34,206 nucleotides of DNA from Myxococcota bacterium (GCA_039208735.1 JBCCQY010000098.1:1-34206), one strand, 5' to 3'; shown: positions 8,926-19,525, counted from the first letter of the stretch. The notes: generated from the sequence alone by a model not told the origin. Numbers and translations: made by a program.

Positions 8926-11900
8926 GTGAGCAACGCTCCTCCTGACTCCTTATCCGCTCGCGAGCCAGAACCTGGTGACCACATTGGACGATTCCGGGTG
9001 ATTCGTCGACTCGCCCGCGGCGGTATGGCGACCGTTTGGGAGGTTCTCGACGAAGACAGCGATGAGTCGCTGGCCCTCAAGCTGCTTCTGCCACTTCCGC
9101 ACACCGACGAGTCCCACGGGCGATTTCGACGAGAGTTTCGCGCGCTGTCCCGCTTGAATCACCCGTGCGTGCTCCAAGTTCACGAATCGGGCCTGCACGG
9201 CGACCGCCCCTGGTTCACCATGGAGCGGCTCACAGGGCACGATCTCAGACAAGAGGTCGAACGCCTCAAGGAGTGTCCGGCGGACGAGCGGTTCGCCAGA
9301 GCCAAAGACATCGTGGTCCAAGTTGCGCGTGCGCTCGCCTACATCCACGAGCGCGGTCTCGTGCATCGCGATGTTTCGCCGGCCAACATCTTCGTGACGG
9401 CACAAGGACCCGTCAAGCTCATGGATTTCGGCGTCGTCAAGGATTCTGGCGTCGAGTTGACCGCGGTGGGCGAGGTCATCGGAACGGTTGCCTACATGGC
9501 ACCCGAACAGATTTCGGGCAAACCCATCGACGCACGGGCCGATCTGTATGCCCTGGGCGCCGTCCTCTACCTGTTATTGACGGGTCGCCGAGCGTTTTCA
9601 GCGCACACGATCCATGGCTACATGGAAAAACACCTCCATGTGCGACCGGCCCCGCCCTCTTCCCACGTTCCGGTGGTTCCGCCAAACCTCGAACACATCT
9701 GTCTGCGGTTGCTCGAGAAGGACCCACGGCACCGCTTCGCCTCGGCGACCCACCTGTTGCATGTGTTGGGGGACGAACAGCCCGCCGATGTGCTCATCGA
9801 TGAGTTCCCGGAGCGCACGGTAGGTCGTGTGGTGCTCACCTCGAGGTTGCGAGAAGCGGTCGAGGTCGTGGGGCAGAGTCGTAAGGGCCAGGTCGTGATG
9901 CTCGCCGGACCGTCAGGTCAGGGCAAGAGCCGCCTCGTCCGATTGGCCGAACACTTCGCGCGCCGGTTGGGGCTCCCGGTAGCCGGCGGGGTGTGCCGGC
10001 CCCACGACCGTCCCTTCGCCGCATTCGAACATGTTTACGATGCGCTCAAGCCGCCAGAGCCTCGCGAGGTGCTCCGCGACTTCTTCGATGCGGACGACGA
10101 AGCCACGATGACCGAGCGCTACCCCATCCTCGCTGCGTTCAAAGACCTCGTCACCGAATCGGCACCCGCCGTCATTTGCATTGACGATGCGCATCATGCC
10201 GACCCCGCGACCGCCGAGCTGCTGCTGTACCTCGTGCGCAACACGCTCGAGCGCGGCGAAGACCCCGTGCTCTACCTTGTCACTCACGATGACTCGCGCT
10301 CCCGCCTCCGCGAACAGCTCGAAGCGTTCGAGTCGTGCGAAGTCCAGGTGGTCGAGCCCCTCGAAGCCTCGGACGTCGAAGAACTCGTGGTGAGCTGGCT
10401 TGGCAGCAGCCCGGCCGCCATCGCGCTCGCCAAACGCCTTCATGCCGAATCACAGGGCGCGCCCGCGCAAATCGTCGACATGCTCCACGGGCTGGTCGAC
10501 GACGGACTCGTCGCGAAGAGTGAGGAAGGTCCGCCCAAACTCATCGCAGACGTGCGGCAAATCTCCCGCTCGCCCATGCCGATGCCGCCGTCGCTCCGAC
10601 AATCGTTGCTCGAGCGACTGGCTCCGATGTCCGAAGACGCGATGGTGGTCGGCCGGGTCCTTGGCCACGCCCGCAACCGATTGCTCCTCGACGTGTTGGT
10701 CGATGCGACGCCCTTCGAAGAAGAACGGGTCATGCAGGCCCTCGACGAGCTGACGGATGCGGGCATCGTGCGCGAACAACGCAGCGGGGATGTCGAGTAC
10801 GTTGAACTGTCCCACAGCCGGTTTCGGGAAGTGCTCGTCGACGGCGTGCCCCCGATGACCCAGCGTGACGTTCACCGCGCCCTTGGCGAGGCCATCGAAA
10901 TGCACCACCGCGGTCGTACCGCCAGCGTGCTCGAGGAACTCGCGCATCACTTTGAGGAAGCTGAGCTGTGGTGCAAGGCCTACCTATACCTGGTCAAGAC
11001 CGGCCAACATCACCAACAGCGCAGCCTTGATTTTCAAGCTCTCGAATACCTAAACCGGGCCGTGGACCTCGAAGCGAGGGCGCGGCCCTTCATGTTGCTC
11101 GACGACGCCGACCATCGGCTAGCCGAGGTCTACCTCGCCGCGGCCCAGGCCCGACATTCCTTGGGTCAGCTTCCCGAGGCGGTTCGAAACACGGAGCGCG
11201 CCCAGGCCCTGGCCCGCATCCTTCGGGATCCAGGTCTTCAATCCAGGGTCGCCGCCGAACTCGGGTCCCAGCTCGCCCAGCAGGGTCAGATGGAGGCCGC
11301 CGAAGAACAGAGCCGCCTCGCGATCCAGCGAGCCGAGGAATCGGGGGTTCGTTCCCTCTTGTCGCGGCCCCTATACCAGCTGGGAGCCGTGCTCTGGACA
11401 CGAGGCGATCTGAACCGAGCTGACGAATTGTGGCGACGAGCGCTCGATATCGCCGAGTCTGTGGGCGATGAGCGAGCCGTGGCCCGGGGCTACAACGGCC
11501 TTGGTGTGTTGGCCATCTGCCGCGGCCAATCCCTCGATGCACGACGCTGGCTCGAGAAGTCCGCCGAGGTCTTTGAGCGGCTCGGCATGCTCGCGCCGTT
11601 GGTGATCACCCGGGTGAACCTGATCGAGCTGTACCTCAATTCGGGCGCTCTCAAAAAGGCGTTGGCCCTGGCAGACCGAACGTTGGCCCAGGCGGAAGAA
11701 GTGAGCCACGGGCAAGGCATCGCGTTGGGATGGGCCTGGCGCGGCCGCATCCTGCTTGTGCTGGGTCGAATCCAGGATGCCGCCCATGCGATTCGCACCG
11801 CAGGCGACCACCTTGGTCCACAGACGAACTGGGAAGACAAAGCCTTCGTGATCAGCGTGCAGGTGCGCATTCACTTTGCCACCGAGATCACCGAGACCAC

Positions 11901-12345
11901 GATGGGGCTGCTCGATGAATTGGAAACGCTCTTTGCGGCGATGCAGCGGATGGGATGGTTGGTCGAGGTACGCGCCTGGCGGATCGTAGCCCTGTCACGC
12001 CTGGGACGGCGAGGAGAGGCCGAGCCTCGCCTTGATGCGCTGAAGTCCGCCACGGGGTGGCCCCAAGTCACGATCCGGGCCGATCTTGCTCTCGGCGACG
12101 CTCAGCACGTGCTGGGCCGTCGTAAGGCGGCTCGCGACACGTTTGCTCGCGCGCTCACCCACGCGGAAGCCAACGGGTACCGCTACTTGCAGCTGCAGGC
12201 TCACCGGGCCTTGCTCGATGTGGTGGATGACGAAGGGGCCAAGGCGCGCCACCTTCGAGTCGCCGCTGGACTTGCGAAATCGCTGGCCGCCAACCTGCCG
12301 CGAGAAGAGGCCGATCGCTTCCTCGTGCACCATCGAGTCGGCTAG
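8926..12345 (+). CDS. Ser/Thr kinase - STAND-type (AAA_16-like) NTPase - TPR protein, paralogue 1
   Basis: Kinase: ARGGMA, ALK, HRDVSPAN, DFG, GTVAYMAPE. Walker A GPSGQGKS (9907-9930), Walker B ICIDD, GAP motif, LSHSRFRE, and C-terminal TPR-like repeats (ARGYNGLGVLA). No TM segment seen. Confidence 0.93.
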   Translation: MSNAPPDSLSAREPEPGDHIGRFRVIRRLARGGMATVWEVLDEDSDESLALKLLLPLPHTDESHGRFRREFRALSRLNHPCVLQVHESGLHGDRPWFTMERLTGHDLRQEVERLKECPADERFARAKDIVVQVARALAYIHERGLVHRDVSPANIFVTAQGPVKLMDFGVVKDSGVELTAVGEVIGTVAYMAPEQISGKPIDARADLYALGAVLYLLLTGRRAFSAHTIHGYMEKHLHVRPAPPSSHVPVVPPNLEHICLRLLEKDPRHRFASATHLLHVLGDEQPADVLIDEFPERTVGRVVLTSRLREAVEVVGQSRKGQVVMLAGPSGQGKSRLVRLAEHFARRLGLPVAGGVCRPHDRPFAAFEHVYDALKPPEPREVLRDFFDADDEATMTERYPILAAFKDLVTESAPAVICIDDAHHADPATAELLLYLVRNTLERGEDPVLYLVTHDDSRSRLREQLEAFESCEVQVVEPLEASDVEELVVSWLGSSPAAIALAKRLHAESQGAPAQIVDMLHGLVDDGLVAKSEEGPPKLIADVRQISRSPMPMPPSLRQSLLERLAPMSEDAMVVGRVLGHARNRLLLDVLVDATPFEEERVMQALDELTDAGIVREQRSGDVEYVELSHSRFREVLVDGVPPMTQRDVHRALGEAIEMHHRGRTASVLEELAHHFEEAELWCKAYLYLVKTGQHHQQRSLDFQALEYLNRAVDLEARARPFMLLDDADHRLAEVYLAAAQARHSLGQLPEAVRNTERAQALARILRDPGLQSRVAAELGSQLAQQGQMEAAEEQSRLAIQRAEESGVRSLLSRPLYQLGAVLWTRGDLNRADELWRRALDIAESVGDERAVARGYNGLGVLAICRGQSLDARRWLEKSAEVFERLGMLAPLVITRVNLIELYLNSGALKKALALADRTLAQAEEVSHGQGIALGWAWRGRILLVLGRIQDAAHAIRTAGDHLGPQTNWEDKAFVISVQVRIHFATEITETTMGLLDELETLFAAMQRMGWLVEVRAWRIVALSRLGRRGEAEPRLDALKSATGWPQVTIRADLALGDAQHVLGRRKAARDTFARALTHAEANGYRYLQLQAHRALLDVVDDEGAKARHLRVAAGLAKSLAANLPREEADRFLVHHRVG

Positions 12346-12446
12346 GCGCAAACCCTGTCCTGGACGACGCATGGCTCGGGCTACCGCCGTTCGCTTCGCG
12401 GCGTCGAGGGTGTGTCGTGGACCCGACCATGGAGTAGGATTTCCGA

Positions 12447-15400
12447 GTGAGGAGATCCCGAGCCTTCGAGGTGCGTAGCTTGAGCCACACAGAGGCGAAC
12501 TGGGGAACGGCGCTGGGCCCTCCCCCCGGTCCGGGCGACACCGTCGCCGGCTACACGATCGACAGCCTGATCGGGTCGGGTGGCATGGCCTCCGTGTACC
12601 GTGCGCGAACCGCGGACCAACAACTCGTCGCGCTCAAGATCGTCAACCCGGCACGCGTTCTCCCCGAAGACGTGCGGCGGTTCACCCGCGAATACCGCGC
12701 CCTCGCCAGCATGGACCACGAGAACATCGTGAAGGTGCACGAGGCCGGAGTCGACGAAGGCTATCCGTGGCTCGCCATGGAACTCGTAGACGGGATCGAC
12801 CTCGAGACCCAGATCATCCAGTGGCAACAGCACGACGTGCCCGATCGCTACGCCCACATCGAGTCGATCCTCAGGGGGCTCTGCAAGGGCCTCGCCTACG
12901 TGCACGACCAGGGGCTCATTCACCGCGATCTCAAGCCATCGAACGTGCTGCTGACGAAGGACGGCCGGCCCAAGATCAGCGATTTTGGCGTGGTGAAGGC
13001 GGACTCGACGGCCAGTACCCAGCTCACGTTGGCCGGGCGGCTCGTGGGCACCGTGGCCTTCATGGCCCCCGAACTCATCACGACCGACGAAGACGTCGAC
13101 CGCCGCGCGGATCTCTACGGTCTTGGGGCGGTGTTGTACGTGATGTGCACGTTCCGCCGCCCCATCGAAGCCGAGAGCGTCGCGGGCTACCTCGCGCGAC
13201 ACCTCACCGAGATCCCCAAGCCCATCACAGAAATCGAGCCGCAGGCGCCGCTCATTTTTGAGCGGATCGCGCAGCGCCTCCTCCAGAAGGACCGGACGTT
13301 CCGTTATCCGAACGCCCATTCGGTGCTGCAAGCGCTCGATCGGGCGGACAGCAACGACATGCCACCGCTACGGGGGCGCGATGAGCCCATGCACGCCTTC
13401 GCTCGACGCCTCCAGGCCCTGCGGGACGGAGCCGGCGGCGTGTTGGCGATCCGCGGGCCACGGGGCGCGGGCAAGTCTCACCTCCTCGACGTGATGCTGG
13501 ATCAAGTTCGTTCGCAGGGCCTCGCGCTGGGCCGCGCCGACCACCGGTCGACCACGGTGATGGCGGACCTTGGCCGCTCCCTGGCCGATGAGCCGACGCC
13601 GAGCGCAGAAGAACTCCAGGCGTTGCTCACGCGCAATCCTGAGACACCGACCGTGCTCGCCGTCGATGATCTCGATCGCGCTCCGGCTGTCGATGTGCGC
13701 GAACTCACGCGCCTGGTCCGGGCGCTAGTCGGGGTGGAAGCTCGTCCGGTGCTGGTCGTGTTCACAGCCACCGAGCTGGAGGGAGAACCGAAGGCGCTGC
13801 AAAGCGGTAGCGCCACCGGACTGCCGAGCGCCAACCTTGATCTGGGGCCGCTCGACAACAAGTCGAGCATCGCGTTGGTGCGTGACCGAGGGGTCTCGGG
13901 TCCTGCTGCACCGGCACTCGGCCGCCGCCTGTGCGCGATGTACGATGGGCTCCCAGGACCCATGACCGAGCAGCTGGAGGCTTTGCAGGCCGAGGGCTGG
14001 CTCATCCGCGACGGCGACCAGTGGAAGGCCACGCGCCCCCTCGATCACCTTCGCAAAGCAGATCTCCCCGTTCCCCGCAAGGTGGCCCAACGAATCGAAG
14101 CGCAAGTTGCCGAACTGACTTCGGTCGAGCGCGAGATCGTTCAACTGCTCGCCCTTCTCGACCGGCCGGGTAGCGCAGCGTTGGTGGAACGCTGCTTTCC
14201 CAACGATCGAACCATTGCTCGATCGGTGGATGACCTGGTCGGCACCGGCGTGCTTAGTCGCACCATGGAGGAGCAACAAGAACTCGTCGCGCTGGCAGAT
14301 CCCTGCGCACCTCGCGTCGTCCGGAGGCTCATTTCACCCGAGGTGAAGCCTGGATTGCACCTTCGCCTCGCGCAGGCGCTGCAGGCCCGACGGCGACGGT
14401 CCAACGCGCTCGAAGTCGCCCACCACCTACGGGCGGCTGGACAGGTCGGGGAGGCATGGCCCCGCTACATCGAGGCCGCACGCCGGTCTGCTCGCGAGGG
14501 GCTGTACTCCGAGGTCATTGAGATCTGCCGCCACGCGGAGGAGATCGAGGCCGAGGCGGTGCTCCAAGGAGACCCCACCGAGACCCTTCGCAATCGCCGC
14601 TGGCTGTACCTGCTGAAGGGCGAGGCCCTGGCATCACGCCGAGCCTGGGCCGAGTCCCTTGCACCCTTGTCGGAAGCGGTGGCGGTGGCGCGTGAAGACG
14701 GAGATGAAGATTCCATTTCGCGGTGCTTGGGCTCGCTCGGCCGGGCGTACCATCGGCTGGGTCGCTACGCCGAAGCGGAGCCGCGCTTGCGAGAAGCCTT
14801 GGCCCACCTGGGGCAGGGCGCCCCGGATCGCGCGAGCACCTTGCGAACCCTCGCCGATGTGCAACTGCAACAGGGACGCATGCCAGAGGCTGAACAACTC
14901 TGGACGGAAGCCCGCGACCTGGCCATCGAGGTCGGGAACCCAGACGCAGAAGCCCGGGCCCTGCGCGGCCTTGGCCACCTTCGCGCTTTGGAAGGGCAGC
15001 TCGAAGAGGCGAGCCGCTTGCTCAACCGCGCCGACGACCTCCTCCAAGACGATGGCGATTACCGCGTGCGGGCGGGTGTCCTCGCACGGGCGGCGGCCAT
15101 CGCGGCGGCGTCGGGTCACTACGATCGGTCGTTGTACCGGGCCGAGCTGCTTGTGGAGTTGTCGAAGCGCCACGGCATGGCAGACCGTATGCCCATCGCC
15201 TACGCCCAACTTGCGGAAGTTCATCAGGTGCTGGGGGCGCAAGCCGAGGCACTGGCCGCGGTGCACCAATGCATGGTGTTTGCGGGGGCCTCAAACACCC
15301 CGTGCGCCGATGCTCGGCTGCGGGCAGCGCGGGTCCTCCTCGATTTGGGCCAGCCCGCCGATGCCTGGCAGGCGTTGCCGACCGTCGAGGACCTCTCGGC

Positions 15401-15845
15401 AAGTCCCATCGACACCCCCGCCCTTCAGCTGACCCTGCTCCGAGCTCGCATCTCGGCCGCCGACGATGCAGCGCGCACCCGAGCCACCTGCGAACAGGCC
15501 ATCGAACAGACCCCGCCGCTCGACCAAATCATGCGGGCGACCTTGCTACTTGATGCCATCAAAGCGCTGTGGACGGCACGGCAGGCCGACCTTGCCGATG
15601 AGCTCGCGGTGCGAGCGCTCGACGTGTTGGGCAGGATCGTGCCCTGCGATGGACTCCAGCTTGAAACGTGGCTCCTGCGGCAGCAGATCGAGGCAGGTCG
15701 CACCGACGCTGCTCCGCCGGTCCAAAGCACCGACCGTGTGCGTCAGCTCGCTCGAGGGCTGCTCCCCAAGCTGCCACCTCAGGCCGCGGAACACTTCCGA
15801 GGACGCCCAGGCATCGTGACGGTGGTCTCACCAGACGGATATTGA
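12447..15845 (+). CDS. Ser/Thr kinase - STAND-type NTPase - TPR protein, paralogue 2
   Basis: Kinase: GSGGMA, VALK, HRDLKPSN, DFG, GTVAFMAPE. Walker A GPRGAGKS (13455-13478), Walker B LAVDD, GLP, TPRs (SRCLGSLGRAYHRLG). The start may be TTG 12480, which follows GAGGTG. Confidence 0.92.
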   Translation: MRRSRAFEVRSLSHTEANWGTALGPPPGPGDTVAGYTIDSLIGSGGMASVYRARTADQQLVALKIVNPARVLPEDVRRFTREYRALASMDHENIVKVHEAGVDEGYPWLAMELVDGIDLETQIIQWQQHDVPDRYAHIESILRGLCKGLAYVHDQGLIHRDLKPSNVLLTKDGRPKISDFGVVKADSTASTQLTLAGRLVGTVAFMAPELITTDEDVDRRADLYGLGAVLYVMCTFRRPIEAESVAGYLARHLTEIPKPITEIEPQAPLIFERIAQRLLQKDRTFRYPNAHSVLQALDRADSNDMPPLRGRDEPMHAFARRLQALRDGAGGVLAIRGPRGAGKSHLLDVMLDQVRSQGLALGRADHRSTTVMADLGRSLADEPTPSAEELQALLTRNPETPTVLAVDDLDRAPAVDVRELTRLVRALVGVEARPVLVVFTATELEGEPKALQSGSATGLPSANLDLGPLDNKSSIALVRDRGVSGPAAPALGRRLCAMYDGLPGPMTEQLEALQAEGWLIRDGDQWKATRPLDHLRKADLPVPRKVAQRIEAQVAELTSVEREIVQLLALLDRPGSAALVERCFPNDRTIARSVDDLVGTGVLSRTMEEQQELVALADPCAPRVVRRLISPEVKPGLHLRLAQALQARRRRSNALEVAHHLRAAGQVGEAWPRYIEAARRSAREGLYSEVIEICRHAEEIEAEAVLQGDPTETLRNRRWLYLLKGEALASRRAWAESLAPLSEAVAVAREDGDEDSISRCLGSLGRAYHRLGRYAEAEPRLREALAHLGQGAPDRASTLRTLADVQLQQGRMPEAEQLWTEARDLAIEVGNPDAEARALRGLGHLRALEGQLEEASRLLNRADDLLQDDGDYRVRAGVLARAAAIAAASGHYDRSLYRAELLVELSKRHGMADRMPIAYAQLAEVHQVLGAQAEALAAVHQCMVFAGASNTPCADARLRAARVLLDLGQPADAWQALPTVEDLSASPIDTPALQLTLLRARISAADDAARTRATCEQAIEQTPPLDQIMRATLLLDAIKALWTARQADLADELAVRALDVLGRIVPCDGLQLETWLLRQQIEAGRTDAAPPVQSTDRVRQLARGLLPKLPPQAAEHFRGRPGIVTVVSPDGY

Positions 15846-15881
15846 GGGGCCTCCACCCTCCTCCCCCACGAAACCGGTCCC

Positions 15882-18800
15882 ATGCCACCGTCGCCCGAAG
15901 AACCCATCGAAATGGGCGGAATGCTGCTCGAATCTGGCTCACGGATCGGCAGCTACGTCTTTTTGCGCGCCATCGGCTCGGGCGGCATGGCACGCGTGCT
16001 CCTTGCCAAGGACCCAGCGGGGCAGCTCGTCGCGCTGAAAGTACTGCGCAAGTCGCGTTTCAAGACCGGCCTTGCACGGTTCCGACGGGAGTTCCGAGCC
16101 CTGTCGCGCATTCACCACCCCAATGTGATTCGCGTCGAAGCCTATGGCGACCTCCACGGCCATCCGTTCATCGCCATGGAGTACGTCGACGGACCCGACT
16201 TACACAGCAAGATTCGCGAATTTCGCACCTGGGATCCCGAACGCCGTTGGCGCAGGGTCGAGCAGGTCCTCATCGATCTGTGCAGGGCCCTGTCCGCGAT
16301 TCACCGCCGAGGGCTCGTGCACCGAGACCTCAAGCCGTCGAACGTCCTCGTCAATCGCGAAGACATCTGCAAACTGACCGACTTTGGCATCGTCAAAGAT
16401 TTGGATCCCAGCCACGATCCACATCTGTCGACCACCCTCGTGGGCACCTGGGCTTACGCAAGCCCCGAGCAAATTACGGGCAGTCCGCTCGATCACCGAT
16501 CCGATCTGTACAGTCTGGGCGTAATTCTGTTTGCGATGTTGACGGGTAAACGTCCGTTTGTCGCAAATGACATGGCGGGCTACCTCGCCCTCCACCGTGA
16601 CCGACCCGCCCCCGCGCCGCGCGACGTGTCGCGGAACGTGCCCGAGCACCTCGATGAGATCTGTCGTCGATTGCTCCAAAAGGCCCCTCGAGATCGGTAC
16701 CAGTCCGCGCAGGAAATCTTGTACCGGCTCGAAGCCGAAGAGCGGATGCCTCCCGCTCGACCCTTCGATGGCTGGCGCGCACCGTTGGTGGGCCGCGACC
16801 TCGAACGGGAAGCCATCACGGACGCCGTCGCCGGCCTCACGGCAAGCCGCGGCGGCATGCTCGTGCTTGAAGGCGACGACGGCGTCGGTAAGACGCGCTT
16901 GCTCGAAGTGGCCGAGGAGCGTGCACGAGCCTTGGGCATTCCCGTCATCGCAGCTCGGTTCGATCCCGGTGGGCTGCCCTTTGCCACGTTGCTCGGACTC
17001 GCCATGCGCGCGCTCGATGATCTGGGGGGACGAGGCTCTCCCCACGTGAAGACGGTGCTGCAACGGCTCTTGAACCTCGAGGCCATCCATGCCGAACAGG
17101 TGGGGTCGGTCGTCGATGCCTGCCAGCAAGCCTTCGCTTCGGTCCTCGATGAGGGACCTCGGCTCGTGCTCATCGACGATGTTCATGAGGCGAGTCCTCG
17201 AGCCATCGGTGCGCTCACCCTGATCGCCCGCCGTATTCTCGGTGAACTCGAACTCCCGATGCTCCTCGTGGCGTCCGTACGATCCCACGCCAACCACGCC
17301 GCCGATGCACTCGCATCCGGACAAGGGGTGGGTCTCGCGCCCAAGGAGATGAGTGTCGAAGTGCTGTCCCGCGAGGACGTCACGCAGCTCGTGCATCACC
17401 TGGTAGGCAACACGGTGGCGGCGCGGACCCTCGCCCAACGACTCTTTCTCGAGACCGAAGGCAACGCGTCGCTGCTTGACGCCTTCATCCAGCAACTGCT
17501 CGAACGCGGTTTGGTGCGCCCGACGCTCGAAGGGGGCCACGAGCTGCACATGCAGACCGACGAAATCGCAGACGGCCACTTCGATATTCCCGCTTCTGTA
17601 CGACAGATGATGCGCGATCGACTCACGCGCGTCGCGCCTGGAGAACTCGCGGTGCTGCAAGTTCTCGCCGTCGAACGTCGAGAGATCGACCTCGACGTCC
17701 TCATCGAAGTGGTCGACCGCGATGAAGAAGTGGTCATCGAGCGCCTTGAGGCCTTGATCACGGCCGGTATCGCGCGTATGCGGGATGTCGGCTCCACCAC
17801 CTTTGCGAGCGTGGTGCAGCGCAAGCTCGCCGATGTGGTGTACCGCGACCTCCCTGCGGAGCGCCGGGCCGATCTGCATCGCCGTCTCGCGGCTGCCATG
17901 GAGTTGCACTACGCCAACCAGCCGGCCGCCCTTGAGATCGTGGGAGACCACTACCGGCAAGCCGGGGATGCAGGACGCGCCTACCGGTATCTCGTCGCCG
18001 CGGCCAAGCGCCTCGCCGACCGCCTGCGCATGGCTGAAGCCTGGGACCTTACGGAACGAGCGGGAACCCTGGCCGAGTCCGCCAGAACCGACCTCGACGA
18101 TGCGATGTTCGCTGAGTTCCGCCACGATCATCTGACGGTACGCGCCACCGTGCTCTCCGATCGTGCGGAGTGGACCGACGCAGAAGTGGCCTGGCGGGCC
18201 GTTCTCGATGTGGCCGGCCAACTCGAAGATCCCCGTGCCACCAGCGAGGCCCAGCTCCAATTGGCCACGGTGCTAAGGCATCGCGGCGAACTCGAGGCGA
18301 GCCGGCAGTTGGCTAACCTCGCCCTCAATACGAGTCGCCACCTCCACTTTCGCGAGGGCATGGCCGACGCACTGCTCTGCCTCGCCGAACTCGCCTGGGC
18401 TGAAGGTCGTCCCGAACGCAGCGAACCGTTTGCTGCCGAAGCGCTCGAGATCGCAAAGGGTCGTCACCTCGCGGGTCGACGGGCGGAGCTGTTGCGCGTG
18501 GTTGCCCGGGCCCAAACCTGGCGGGGAGAACTCGCGTCGGCAACGCAGGGCCTTGCAGAAGCGGAGGGGATCTTCCAGCGTCTCAAACGCAAGCGGTCGC
18601 GTTGCCTTGCCCTTGCCAATCTCGCAGAACTGCTGATGTGGCAAGGCCAGCCCGTGGAAGCTCGGCAACGGGCGCACGTGGCCCTCGAACTCTCGCGGGA
18701 GTTGCAGTACCGCGTAGGCTTGCTGCCGGCGATGCGGGTCATGGGCTCAGCCGCGGTCGATCTCGGCCTCCATGAAGAAGCCCGGCCGGCCTTGTTCGAG

Positions 18801-19373
18801 GTGGAAACGCTCGCCGACACCATGGGTCAACACGACGAGCAAGTCGCCGGGTTGACGGCGCTGGTCCGTCTCGAACTCGACCGTGGCGATCCAGAGCAGG
18901 CCCGCACCTATGGCCGCAAGGCGTTGACCGTGCTGCCCAGCCACGATCCACGACGGGCGCGGCCGCTCGTCGAAGCCCTCTTGGCCATCGCCGAAGCCCC
19001 CGATCACCAAGATGCCGCCCGCCAACTTGCCGATCGTGCGGAGCGAGGGCTTGATCGACTGCCCGTGGCCCCCAAGGTCCACACGAGCCTAGCCCTGGCT
19101 CGCGCTAGGTTCATCCTTGGCAACGCCGAAGCCGGAATCGCTCACGCCCGCCAGACGGTCGCCTTGGCCGAGACCCATGGCTTTTCGTTGGTCAGCATGG
19201 AAGCCCACGCGATGCTCGCCCGTCGCGGCCCTAAGGCCGACCGTGCGCACCACGAGGAACGAGGTCGAGACGGCCTCAAGCGGTTGCTCGGCCCCCTCGC
19301 GAAAGACATGGCCCGTGCCCTCCAAGACCGACCGGGACTTCAAACGATCGCGATCGGATCCTCGTCAGGATGA
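15882..19373 (+). CDS. Ser/Thr kinase - STAND-type NTPase - TPR protein, paralogue 3
   Basis: Kinase: GSGGMA, VALK, HRDLKPSN, DFG, GTWAYASPE. Walker A GDDGVGKT (16872-16895), Walker B VLIDD, TEGNA, TPR-like C-terminus. Confidence 0.93.
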   Translation: MPPSPEEPIEMGGMLLESGSRIGSYVFLRAIGSGGMARVLLAKDPAGQLVALKVLRKSRFKTGLARFRREFRALSRIHHPNVIRVEAYGDLHGHPFIAMEYVDGPDLHSKIREFRTWDPERRWRRVEQVLIDLCRALSAIHRRGLVHRDLKPSNVLVNREDICKLTDFGIVKDLDPSHDPHLSTTLVGTWAYASPEQITGSPLDHRSDLYSLGVILFAMLTGKRPFVANDMAGYLALHRDRPAPAPRDVSRNVPEHLDEICRRLLQKAPRDRYQSAQEILYRLEAEERMPPARPFDGWRAPLVGRDLEREAITDAVAGLTASRGGMLVLEGDDGVGKTRLLEVAEERARALGIPVIAARFDPGGLPFATLLGLAMRALDDLGGRGSPHVKTVLQRLLNLEAIHAEQVGSVVDACQQAFASVLDEGPRLVLIDDVHEASPRAIGALTLIARRILGELELPMLLVASVRSHANHAADALASGQGVGLAPKEMSVEVLSREDVTQLVHHLVGNTVAARTLAQRLFLETEGNASLLDAFIQQLLERGLVRPTLEGGHELHMQTDEIADGHFDIPASVRQMMRDRLTRVAPGELAVLQVLAVERREIDLDVLIEVVDRDEEVVIERLEALITAGIARMRDVGSTTFASVVQRKLADVVYRDLPAERRADLHRRLAAAMELHYANQPAALEIVGDHYRQAGDAGRAYRYLVAAAKRLADRLRMAEAWDLTERAGTLAESARTDLDDAMFAEFRHDHLTVRATVLSDRAEWTDAEVAWRAVLDVAGQLEDPRATSEAQLQLATVLRHRGELEASRQLANLALNTSRHLHFREGMADALLCLAELAWAEGRPERSEPFAAEALEIAKGRHLAGRRAELLRVVARAQTWRGELASATQGLAEAEGIFQRLKRKRSRCLALANLAELLMWQGQPVEARQRAHVALELSRELQYRVGLLPAMRVMGSAAVDLGLHEEARPALFEVETLADTMGQHDEQVAGLTALVRLELDRGDPEQARTYGRKALTVLPSHDPRRARPLVEALLAIAEAPDHQDAARQLADRAERGLDRLPVAPKVHTSLALARARFILGNAEAGIAHARQTVALAETHGFSLVSMEAHAMLARRGPKADRAHHEERGRDGLKRLLGPLAKDMARALQDRPGLQTIAIGSSSG

Positions 19374-19525
19374 AGCCGCAATCGATATCGTGTGTGCTAC
19401 CGTCCGACAGAGGGCTGGAATTGGTTGTCCCAGGTGTCGATCCGACCAGCTACCCTTCTTACGCGACTTCCGCTCTGCCAAAAGTTCGTCCCCCCACCTG
19501 GATGCTTCCTCGACCTGGAGAGACC

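Noticed and set aside
16200..18260. 686-aa antisense ORF, and similar long shadows at 19397-20785, 20937-22253 and 32371-33672
   Set aside because: They lie opposite well-supported genes and show no recognisable motifs. Long antisense frames are expected in GC-rich coding DNA.
19370..19525. ATGA overlap suggesting translational coupling of kinase 3 and the vWA gene
   Set aside because: The signal peptide and SD point to ATG 19526; the extension would bury the signal peptide.
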